Of a DNA stretch of 28,038 nt, positions 1 to 14,254 are shown one piece after another. Source of the DNA: Folioceros fuciformis (lineage: Eukaryota). Both the position numbers and the translations under genes were made by a program. The first letter of the stretch is position 1, and each line of letters starts with the position of its first letter. The notes below the pieces were generated by a model, which did no database searches, was not told where the DNA came from, and worked only from the letters and a program-made list of their open reading frames with translations. The DNA lies in assembly GCA_049999805.1 (NCBI GenBank), contig JBNGIO010006231.1, positions 160,413 through 188,450 on the forward strand, in the 5' to 3' direction.

Positions 1-74
1 TATCTCACAACAAATAGTACGCATTATACATATATTGTGTTAGTTGGTTATTATATTGCAGTTTTCGTTTCCCA

Positions 75-4249
<4,175 letters not shown>

Positions 4250-4618
4250 GGCCTGAAGGTAGATTCCAGCGTTCGGCTGAGCTCGCAAGCGACGGTGATG
4301 AATCAGAGTGCTCCACATCACGGCTGAGGCAGTGGGGCGTGAAGCGCGCATCTCAGAGAGTGGACACCTGGACTGGGTTCACGCTCCACTTGTCGACGTC
4401 CAGGAGGCCATTAGGAACGTACAGGAAGTCCCACGCGTCGCATTTGCGTGAACGTTAGCGGGTTCTTCAAGCAGGGCAATGCGAGGAGCGAGACTGTATA
4501 AAACCTGTGCCTATTCCAGAGCGCTTCATCGATTTTCCTCGGCTCAGATCACAGCGACATCTGTGAATCATCCACGACTCAATTCGTTTCCTGCGCGACT
4601 TTCTGAACTTCAAAGGAT
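4250..4618. promoter_or_regulatory. Divergent promoter / 5' leader region shared by NADP-ME (-) and LEA-like gene (+)
   Basis: Only about 370 bp between opposite-facing start codons. TATAAAA at 4497-4503 on + (about 120 nt before the LEA ATG). ACGT cores at 4396, 4417 and 4452; CACGCGT at 4432; ABRE-like GACACCTGG (~4362) and CCACTTGTC (~4386). Confidence 0.55.
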
Positions 4619-5452
4619 ATGGCATCCGTGACAATGAGCGCAAGCACATTGGCTGCCGCGGGAGTGATCGGGTTGGGGGAGAGAGTGAAAGTCAGGCCCG
4701 CAGCTTCCGTTTCCTTGGCCTCTACGCAGTCCCGCAATCTCGTAGGACACAGACTAGTGGTGTCCCGAGGGCCCGCTGCTGTTCTCATTTCCCACTCATT
4801 CCGTGTCCGAGCAGAGGAGCAACCTGAGGTAAGGCCCGTGAGGATTGTGAGTGCACACGGTATGATATTGTGGTGAAATTTCGTGTTCTGGCGATGCCGC
4901 CTGGAGCATGACGCACTGTGAGTAGTTCCAGTGTTGAGGAGGGGAAATCGGTTGGTGACGTGATGCAGTGTTGTGATGCAGAATGTTGTGGAGAAGCTTC
5001 AAGATGCAGTGAAGAACACCTCCGACCAGGTGAAAGAGTTCGCTCAACAGGCCTCCGACTTCGTTCAAGGCAAGTCTAGCGAAGTTCAGAGTTCGGCTAA
5101 AGACGTTTCCAAGAAGGCCGACAAGTATGTCAGCTCTGCCGATAGCAAAGCCAGAAGCTTACAGTCTGACGCCTCCAAGAGGGCGTCAGGCGCGACCAAC
5201 GAAGTTCAGAACCTTGCGGTGAGATTTTGGTGGCCAGTTGATTAGGAGCCTGGTGCTTCTGCCGTGTAGTGCTGACAGCTCTTTAACAATGATTCTCAGG
5301 AGCACGTGAAGGATGCTCTCTCAGACGCCGGAGAGAGTGTGCAAGACAATTTGGATGCGGCTAAGCAGTCGCTGAACGATGCCGCCGGAGCTTTGAGGGA
5401 GAACGCTGACAACCTTGCCAAAAGTGTTAAGAAGAACGTTGACAAGAAGTAG
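4619..5452 (+). CDS. Plastid-targeted LEA group 3 / COR15-like hydrophilic protein, 199 aa, 3 exons
   Basis: Exons 4619-4828, 4982-5218 and 5300-5452 (GAG|gtaagg, tgcag|AAT, GCG|gtgaga, ctcag|GAG; all phase 0; TAG 5450-5452). Ser/Ala/Arg-rich transit peptide MASVTMSAST...FRVRA|EEQPE. Mature part is A/S/K/D/Q-rich, has no Cys or Trp, and shows ~11-residue amphipathic periodicity (QDAVKNTSDQV KEFAQQASDFV QGKSSEVQSSA KDVSKKADKYV ...). Confidence 0.8.
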
Positions 5453-5572
5453 TGGCATGTTTTTCTTTCCATAAGCACCACAGTCCTAGACATTGTGGTG
5501 AAGTTTGAGGATGACAGCCCAAGCTGGGATCGTGAATTGTACAGTGTGAATATTTTTGCTACTGGATTGATT

Positions 5573-5605
5573 CTGTGAGTGCTGTCTTATGACTAGCACT
5601 CACAG
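5573..5605. repeat. Short inverted repeat (hairpin) downstream of the LEA-like stop codon
   Basis: CTGTGAGTGCT-GTC-ttat-GAC-t-AGCACTCACAG: 11 + 3 bp stem with one bulged T and a 4-nt loop. Confidence 0.8.
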
Positions 5606-5728
5606 CTGCGAGTTTTTGGGATTTGAGTTTCGCACCCAGCTAAACGTTTTGGAAAAAAGCTCATACTGTACTTTGAGTTCCAAAAAGCTCGTACTTTGAG
5701 TTGAACCAACAGTTGGGATTACATGAAA

Positions 5729-5766
5729 TATTCCTCCTTGAATCGTATTCCTCCTTGAATCGTATT
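5729..5766. repeat. 17-bp tandem duplication
   Basis: TATTCCTCCTTGAATCG x2 plus TATT, immediately before the fold-back element. Confidence 0.9.
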
Positions 5767-5768
5767 AT

Positions 5769-6226
5769 TGGTATCCATTTACATTTATCTAGACTCATGA
5801 AGTTTCTAGAAAATCTTTTAGAACATATTAAATACATATATTTTTAGAGTAAAGTTTCTAGGAGATGCTTTCTCCAGATTATAGATAGAAAAATTATTAT
5901 TTAAGATAAAACTATGTAGAATATATTTGATATGTTGCATGAGAGTATTAAAATAAATTTAATATAATATATCAAAATAAGTCATAAACCCTTCAAGTAA
6001 TCCACTTGAGAGCATATTTCATAACTTATTTGAAATGTTATACTAAATGCCTTCTAACTCTCCCACTCAACATATCAAATTTATTACATGATTTTATCTA
6101 AAAATAAATTCTCTATATAAGTTCTCGAGAGAGCATATTCTAGAAACTTTATCCTAAAAATATTTTTTTAGGATATGTTCAAGAAAGCATTGTTTAGAAA
6201 CCTCAAAGTCTACATAATGCATACCA
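5769..6226. mobile_element. AT-rich fold-back / MITE-like element with ~175-bp imperfect terminal inverted repeats
   Basis: 5769-5947 aligns with the reverse complement of 6057-6226. Examples: TATTTTTAGAGTAAAGTTTCTAGGAGATGCTTTCTC vs TATTTTTAGGATAAAGTTTCTAGAATATGCTCTCTC; ATTTGATATGTTG in both arms; ends TGGTAT...ATACCA. No coding capacity and no clear TSD. Confidence 0.6.
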
Positions 6227-6811
6227 GATTTGACTTGATGTGTTGTTTCCTCCTCCAAACTTGGCTTTCGACCATGTTGCTCCATGTCACTAGCTTGTTA
6301 ACACCATCCTTAGTTCCCTCTCACTTTCTAGAATCTATTAGTTCTTTCACTCTCATGTACTGGAAGCTTAAGAAATACTAGCCAATATTGGGTTTCGTCT
6401 CAAGTTCTAAAAGTTCTAAAGAACTCACAAGGTTAAGAAGCAAGCAGTAGGTGCCCTCTAAGAAACCACAAGGTTAAGAGGGTGTACGAAGAATGTGCAA
6501 TTGGTAAGAGGATAGCACAAAGATTGGAGACCATACAATGAGTGCACTAGAAGAAACACAAGGTCAATAATCTTCACCAAAGCAACCATAAGGTGAAGGA
6601 ACGAGAATGTTAAGAATTCTACAATGTGTGCACTACAAGGAACAACAAGGGTAAGAAAGTTAACCAAAGCAACCACAAGGTTAAGGACCTTGCCCACAAC
6701 ATCCAACATTAAGAATATTGCCAAAGAACCCGCAAGTTTAAGAACCTTGTCTTGAGCATTCATCTACAAAAGGCAAGAAGAAGCAATAAGGCTCTAGAAG
6801 GGAGCTATGGT

Positions 6812-7047
6812 ACCAAATTGAGGAGAAGAATTGAGCCTTGATTGAGAGAGGACACAACACTCCCACAGAGTTTGCAACATCTGCACTAGGCACACCACAA
6901 GAAGATGGCACACAAGTATGCACACTCACACCAAATTGAGGAGAAGAATTGAGCCTTGATTGAGAGAGGACACAACACTCCCACAGAATTTGTGACATCT
7001 ACACTAGGCACACCACAAGAAGATGGCACACAAGTATTCACACTCAC
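6812..7047. repeat. 118-bp tandem duplication (2 copies, about 5 mismatches)
   Basis: ACCAAATTGAGGAGAAGAATTGAGCCTTGATTGAGAGAGGACACAACACTCCCACAG... starts at both 6812 and 6930. Confidence 0.93.
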
Positions 7048-7090
7048 ACTCCACAGCCTGGCCCCGTAAGGAAGGTCTTATATGGCCTTT

Positions 7091-7300
7091 AGCCTTGAAT
7101 CCCATTGGTGGTAGACTTGGTCTTTCCTTTCATAGAGATTCTTTAAGCCTTGAATCCTATTGGTGCTTGACTTGCCTTTTACTTTTTTTAATACTCTTGA
7201 AGTCTTGAATCATATTAATTGTTGACTTGCTTTTCACTTTTACGTAGACTCTTGAAGCCATGAAATTTATGGGTGGTTGACTAGCATTTCATATTTATAA
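7091..7300. repeat. Degenerate 55-bp tandem array (about 3.8 copies)
   Basis: Units AGCCTTGAATC...TGGTGG/CTTGACTTG...ACTCTTGA start at 7091, 7146, 7201 and 7256 (exact 55-nt period). Confidence 0.85.
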
Positions 7301-7668
7301 AATTTATTAAAGATATTTTCTCTCAAACATATCCACAAAAACTATTTTGTGGATAATCCTCTTTATCAACTTTATAACCCTTCGTATAATCTCTACTTTA
7401 GGACACTCTTCATAATTTATTTTGACATGTTATACTAAATTTAGGGTTTACACTAAATCGCTTCTAACTCAAATATGCAATGATTTCTTAGTGATGTGTT
7501 TGTTTGAGTTAGACAACATATCCATATATTAACTACAGCAAAACTTCTGAGTTAGAGGTAACTATATCATAGAGGGTAGGGTATATGTGGTTGTAATTCA
7601 TATAAAAAGGAATATTTTCTTTTTGGTTCAAATATAAACTTGCATAATAAATATGTACCCATCTTCTT

Positions 7669-7725
7669 GGACAATAATATCACCTAAAACATCAGAGGAC
7701 GATAATATCACTGAAAACATCAAAG
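7669..7725. repeat. 28-bp tandem duplication
   Basis: GGACAATAATATCACCTAAAACATCAGA / GGACGATAATATCACTGAAAACATCAAA. Confidence 0.8.
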
Positions 7726-8211
7726 CCCAAAACGACCGTAATTGTTAAATTTCATAAATCAGTCCTGGGTCACGGAGCTTGTCATCTGCACTTCCGGGCC
7801 ATGGACGCCAGGACCCGAACAAACGTCAACCGAAGGAACCCGACTCACCGCACGATCCCGCGAACTGCTAACGATTCACCAATTTTATCACAGTCGATTT
7901 TCTACTTTGATCAACCCTCGAGAATGTGAAATTACGAAAATATTTTAACCTCCACAGAGATAAACTCATCTCGAACACCGTGCGGCCACAGTTTCCCTTC
8001 CACGTTGCAAGATACTACAGCACAACCACTAATATCTTGGGAGAGCACAGCACGCGGCGTTCAGGGCGGAACATGTACACCAAGCTCTAAGTGGAAAGTA
8101 GAGTTGCATGATCCGAAAGGGAGATCAACTTCAGCAAGACCCATACCATTGTCCAAGTCCTTCTGTGCCTCTTCAACGAAAGCGCCGACTTGGCAAGTGT
8201 GCAACTCTTGT

Positions 8212-11200
8212 TTAAGACCCTAGACTCTTGGATGCGATTTCGAACACGTTGTCTGACAAACCCTCAGTGCTAGTAATCCTCGTCAATTGCGCCTGCACAT
8301 GTCCATGAATCTCGTAAACCCCACATATTTTTTCAGACTTACCATGGTAAGCCATCATAATTCCTCTCCTAGTTTCTTGGCTTCACAAGAACTCTCACGC
8401 AGGCAAAGAAACTGAACGAAATCTCTGGAACCATACCTTGGAGTGAAGCTGCCGCTCCTCATCGAACCTTTTCCACCTGGAGAACGCTGAAACCATACGC
8501 GCGGCAACCTGCACGCGTAGCACAGGTTGAGTTGAGAAACTTCAGCACAGAGGCAAATCATGTAGCTGAAATTCCTTCGTGGCAGCAAATACGAAACCTG
8601 AGGGTTAAGCTTGTCCAGCTCTAAAACGATGTCTGCAAGGAACTCATAGCCGGAGCCATCCTTTGCATGGAAGTTGATGGCGCTTGCGCAAAAGCCACCA
8701 ACGAGAGAGTACACCTACAATCATGACCAACAATGCATAAGCTTTGTCCAGGATAAAGGTTACGTGAGCCTGCTTCGAAGAATACATTAGAGGCGCACAC
8801 CTTATTTGGGTTTGTAATATTGAAAGCGGGATGTTTCAAAAGCTTCCGGACATTTTCCACATTCCCAGGAATATCACCAGCCGCTTGCAGCACCAGCCAC
8901 TTGTTCACAACCTGCAAGCATCGCGCACCATGAAGCCGCTCACGTATCTGCTAGTCGCCAAAATTCGTTTCGATAGAAAGCGAGTACTTACCAAGGCGTC
9001 GTCCTTCCATTGTTCATAAAAGTCAGCAAGAGCTTTAACACGAGCTTCACCAGGGTTTTGAGCCAAGGCAACAAGGGCAGCAAACTGGTCAGTCATGTTC
9101 TTTGATTCTCGGAATGCCTTGACAGCTAGCTCAGTTGTGGCATTTTTGTCTAGAGCACTAAGATAACCTGCCAACAACCAGCGGGAGAAGTAGTCAGTGT
9201 TCAGCATCTGACTAATGCGAAAAAGAGCTTTAGAGCCCGGTAGAACCTAGGCAAACGCACCTAAGGCAGCATTTTTCAGAGAACGCCGTGCCCTGGCTGG
9301 GTGTAGAGGATTATACTCCTCAGAGCTCTCATTGCTCTCCAACTATCAAACGTGTGACTATGTTAGTGAGGCCACAAGTAATGGCCGATGTAGACCCAAA
9401 ACCTTGACAAAGCTCCCGTAGTTGCTGCATCAACACAAATACTCACCGCCTGCAAAAATTCGTTCTCTAACGAACTGGCCAGCTGTTTGATCAGATACCG
9501 GCGTGCAGTGTGAATGGCATCTGGATCCGCCACCTCCATAAGGTCAACAAGTTCACTTTCCCCTGGGAGAGAGAGGGCCTTCGATATGAATTCCTGCAGA
9601 GAGAGAGTGTATATTTTAATAACACCTAGATCGTACCACCATATAGCCCACTGGGAACAACTACAAGCAGGATGAGTTTCACACCTTATCCAGAGATGTG
9701 TCAACCAAAATGCTCCGCATGCCTTCTATGTATGCCTTGTCAACTGTCAACTCTTCACCTTTTTGCACACGAGCTACGAGATCAAGGAGAACCTTTCTGC
9801 CCAAAGTCTGCCCTGCCTCCCACCTGTATGCAAAAAGCAAATATAAACGATGAGAATTGACAGCTGACAGCTAGTGATTCCTTCCATGTAAAAGCAGCTT
9901 TCCGGGACTACAAACCGGTTGAATTCATCTGAGTCATGAGCCAGCCGGAAGAGTAAATCTTCATCACTGATATCTACAACCAATCGCACAGGGGCACTGA
10001 AATTGCGTAGCAAGGAGGGAACTGGTTTCACTGGGATGTCAAGCAGAGTAAACTCTTCCTCAGCCTACATACAAGGTGACAGAGAAAGAAGAACTCTGTT
10101 AGCCATGCCCACATTGACATACAGGAGGACAAGAAGGCACCCGATCCTGTTCCCTTGCCAGCATACTGCGGCATAAACCTACTTTTTCTATCCGAATGAC
10201 AACAGTTGTTGGCAAGCTGCCATCTGCATTCTTCAGAGACTTCACAGAAACACCATCTGAAATGGAGGAGAGAGGTATGTCTATCCCGTCAGTGCCCAAG
10301 AGGCCCACAGCAAGGGGAATGAGCATGGGCTCCTTGACTGGCTGCCCTGGGGTTGGGGGAACTTCCTGCCTGAACAATGCAAAAGCAGATCAACTACAAG
10401 CAAAATCAAAAGCATACATCCCGAAGCTCACAGATAAGAAGGTGAGCAGCAATACTGCTACAGGCCCCCATCACATGAGACACTCAACAGGACATACCTG
10501 CACTTGATAGTAAACGAATGTTTCTCTGGATCATAGCTTGTCTCCACGTTAACCACAGGTGTCCCCGCCTGGGCATACCTGGGAGCACAGGAGATGCAGT
10601 CATGTGCATATGCAGCTTCAGCTACTTTCCAGATCTCTCAATGTGGCAACCTGACTAGCTTCATGCATGACAAGTCGTATTCCATATGAACCAATATGAT
10701 GCATGACAAGCTCCAAAATGAACTGTATGCATGCCAGTTAAAGGAGTCCCGCACAAACCATAAGGAAAAGTTGCCAAGATCAGCGCTGTTGGCATCCCTC
10801 ATTGCTGCCAAGAAATCTTCACAAGTGACAGCTTGCCCATCATGACGCTTGAAATACAAATCCATTCCCTGCACCCAGCCATGACAGAACATTTCGAATA
10901 AAAGAGTTGTCAATGGCACATTCACAGAGCAACTTAATCTCTCACACGTGCCCAACCTTTCTAAAGCCCTGCTTCTCCAGCAATGTCTGGTACATCCGCA
11001 CAACCTCCGCGCCCTAAAGAATAAGAGTCATAATAACGTATAAGACATAAATACATAAAGCCAATGCAGCCCTTCAAGGAGTATTGTTCTGTACTATACC
11101 TTTTCATAGACCTGTTGAGCCCAGACGTCAGGAGTTGTAAGACAGTTCACATAGACACATTAGTCCAAGAGGAGTTTCAAATAACTCCAACCCTGAAGTT

Positions 11201-14200
11201 AACAAACAGTGGACAAATGGGCTTACTGTCACTGTGTAGAAGTTGTCCATCTGATGTAGAGAAACGAACAATACCAGTTAGAATCTGATATTGCACTCAA
11301 CCAAAAGTATGACAGAAAGGGATACGAGGCAACACCATCTCATGAGCGAACCACGAGCTTGTTAAAAAAGAATCGAGTGCCATGCAAACTTACAGAACAT
11401 TGAGGGGATAAAAGAGGAAAAGCGGAAGTTTATGCTGGGGGCTACCTTGATGTAAGAATGTGGTCGGACGGGGTGAGCCATAGGACCAGCATCCTGCAAA
11501 AGAAAGACAAGATGACCTGTTTATCATCAACGGTACAAACCAGAGACCCACACTTCACTGATTTCATGCAACACTACCTGTGAGAATTGTGATATGCGAA
11601 GACGCATGACATCAGCAATTCGTTTCACAGCTCGACTTCCCATGTCGGATGAGAATTCCTGAACAGTACAGAACCAATACGAGGTATACGAACCAGAATG
11701 TTGATAGATTCCGACCATCTTCTCAACCAGAAAAGAATAAACTGGTGGTCAATTCATGAGTATGGTTTTCACCTGATCTCTAAATACAGTCAAACCTTCC
11801 TTCAAACTGAGCTGAAACCAGTCACGACATGTAACCCTGCCATGTAACCCTGCTTCAGTAAGCAGAGAGTACGTCGAGTACACTAGCAAGGGAAAAAATG
11901 TCAAGTTGCTAGACTGGAAGTAAGCATGCACCTGTTTCCAGTCCAGTTGTGGAAATACTGATAATCCCACCAGCAGGAGTTTTACAGCCACAAACAAGTC
12001 AATGTCAGAAGTTCGTCAAGAAGTGATTGGTAGCTTCTCGATGCAAAACTATATCATGGTGAACGCACCTCGTGTCCTATCACACCCTCGATGGACGCAT
12101 AATCAGCATCAGTAGCTGTCTCAGGCGACGCCAAGACCAGTTTTGAATTGAAAATCTGCAAGATGACATAACACAAAACTCATGAACGAGCAAACGCCAA
12201 CTGGAAGTACACGCTTACAACAAAAGTGTAATGCCAGCAAATCCCAGGGACCTACGTTCAGACTTTTGTTCTCCATTGCGCCCCTGTCACAAGACCAACA
12301 AAAGGGAAAATAGAAAGAGTCAGAACAACTTTGCGTACGTCTGAGATAATTTCCGTAGCCCTAAAAGCCTCGAAAACGAGGAAAAAGCTTACATGTTAAA
12401 ATCGGGGACAGCAACAATGTTGAAGAGGTCCAAATCGTACTCCAGTCCAAATACCTGGTACACACGAGGGATATTACTCAAGTCCAGTAGAACTTAGACA
12501 TCAGGCCAAAATCTAGTAAGTACCTCCTCATCCCACTTCATGGCTGCCTTCAGAGAAACCATTGCATGAGATGTTTTGCTGATATCCTGCTCTGGTGTCC
12601 ATATCCTCAACACAACCTTTCGACCTGTACAGGTAGTGAATGTGTCTTCTCGACAGGCAAGTTGACCAGCAACCAATGCAAACAAGTAGCAAGGCTTCAA
12701 GAAAGGATCTTCCCACACAGCATAATGTGCACCATCCTGCAACAAAACAGCCAAAGTAACAAAACTATGATAATCAGGGTGCAGGCATGGACAGAAACTA
12801 ACGAGCTTTATCACATGCAAGATAGTGACCACTCACAGCTAGATCTCCTTGCTCAACAAGGTTTCCATTTGACAGAAGCACAGGATACAGAGACTTGTCT
12901 CCCTCAATTCGAGTGGTAAACTTTGACATCACATCTGGACGGTCCTGTATTTTCAAGTCAATCCATCCATCACACTCAGAACCAAATCATGAGGTAATAC
13001 CTTATCCCAGCATCACATTGTTCCCACGAATGTAACTGGCAGGAGCAGAATCACGTGGGGGTAGCATGCCTGGTAGTACGTGATTCTGCGGAAGCCCTCA
13101 GCTTCACATTGTGTGCAGAAGTTACCAGATGACTTGTAGAGACCCTGTAATCTCCAATTGGGTTAGCTACCAACAAGTCCTAGATGTTGGAACACGTGAA
13201 ACACTTCTAATGTAAGCGATAGAAAGGCTGCAAAAGACCTCAAGGGTAGTGTTGTTTTGTGGTTCAATCTCTGTTTCTATCTCCAAGTCAAACGGCTCTA
13301 AAGGCAGTGATGACACCACCAAATGACGGGCTGTCAAGCTCAAATTCTCATCCTGCACCATTTGTCTACAAAGTAAGCGGTTGAACAACACCTTGATAAG
13401 ATCAAGAAGTCATCCCAAACAAGTCACTTACATCCACATCTTTCCCATTGATTTTAATAGAGACTAACTTCAAATCTTCCCCGTTCAAAGAAAGTGGCAC
13501 ACCTCCTGCACGTAACAAACATTCAGACTTCGAAGCGAAGTACATGTGCAGTTCAACAAAAACCAGGGTGATAGTTATTATCCAAGGACCTGTCCTCTTT
13601 CAACGACTTGTTACCTGAGTGCTTGGGGATCACATGGATGGTTGACAGAACGTTGGTCTTTTCTTCGCCCAGATTGAATTTAAGAGAAACCTGCCAAGAA
13701 TTAGGGTTTAGGAGAGTGCATGAAGATATTTGCATGAGAGGACGCAGATAAGTGGATCTTTGATGCACCGTCTCAAACTCATAGTCTGGTCTCTTGTAAT
13801 CTCTCAAGAAGATTTCCTTCGGAGCCTCCTTCATTGCTGCTTTTTCAGCTGCAGCTGAAGAAAGGGGCTGAGCCGCAACAGTGCAAGTCACCCTTCCCAA
13901 GTCTGGACTAGCTCCCTGGAATGAGGACAATGTGAAAACAACATAAGATTGGCACTGTAAAATATCCACTGCAACAACGAACAAGCAGAGGCGACAATCT
14001 ATTTGGCATGTCTACTGTTCATCAGACAACCCACCCGCAATGTTTGAAGATTGCCGACCAAATGACCGAGGGAACCGAGAGTCTACAAGCCACACAGAAT
14101 GGCTGGTAATCAATACCTTACTAAACAAGGTTACCGTACGATATACCAGATACCCCACAGAGCAATTTACACTGGGATTCGCCCTAAATCTCGGAAACTG

Positions 14201-14254
14201 ATGCAAAGACTTGCAGGTTGTCAGGTGCCTTCTCAACTGCCAACGAGCCTTACC
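8212..14254 (-). CDS. MPA1: M1 family aminopeptidase N (PepN-like, puromycin-sensitive; Arabidopsis MPA1-type), at least 31 exons; true start lies further upstream (about 14.4-14.9 kb) and is unresolved
   Basis: Exons: 14254-14147 and 14082-14035 (transit-peptide part, tentative), 13915-13769, 13690-13615, 13505-13432, 13352-13239, 13144-13070 (GC donor), 12944-12837, 12736-12524, 12454-12393, 12283-12256, 12155-12069, 11957-11932, 11836-11773, 11658-11578, 11493-11446, 11250-11227, 11111-11100, 11013-10957, 10868-10759, 10578-10498, 10369-10183, 10064-9916, 9823-9685, 9593-9447, 9342-9261, 9167-8992, 8911-8801, 8714-8598, 8508-8437, 8292-8212 (TAA). Motifs: [51 protein letters not shown]...LSLKEG zinc motif, [41 protein letters not shown]. 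Confidence 0.95.

Larger units (their letters stand above)
6227..7570. mobile_element. Degenerate transposon-derived block (non-autonomous remnant)
   Basis: AT-rich and visibly CpG-poor, with internal degenerate repeats (CACAAGGTTAAGA-type, 6426-6690) and tandem arrays. The segment 7320-7470 resembles 5985-6060 and the TIR hairpin motif of the fold-back element. No transposase or RT motif seen. Confidence 0.45.

Noticed and set aside
6175..7208. Short ORFs in the AT-rich block as possible transposase/gag remnants
   Set aside because: No DDE, RT, zinc-knuckle or other TE protein motifs; they are translations of repeats.
6812..7300. Possible CRISPR-like array
   Set aside because: Head-to-tail repeats without unique spacers, eukaryotic context and no cas genes.
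13701..13712. TTAGGGTTTAGG telomere-like motif (also at 7441)
   Set aside because: Fewer than two full units; not an interstitial telomeric array.
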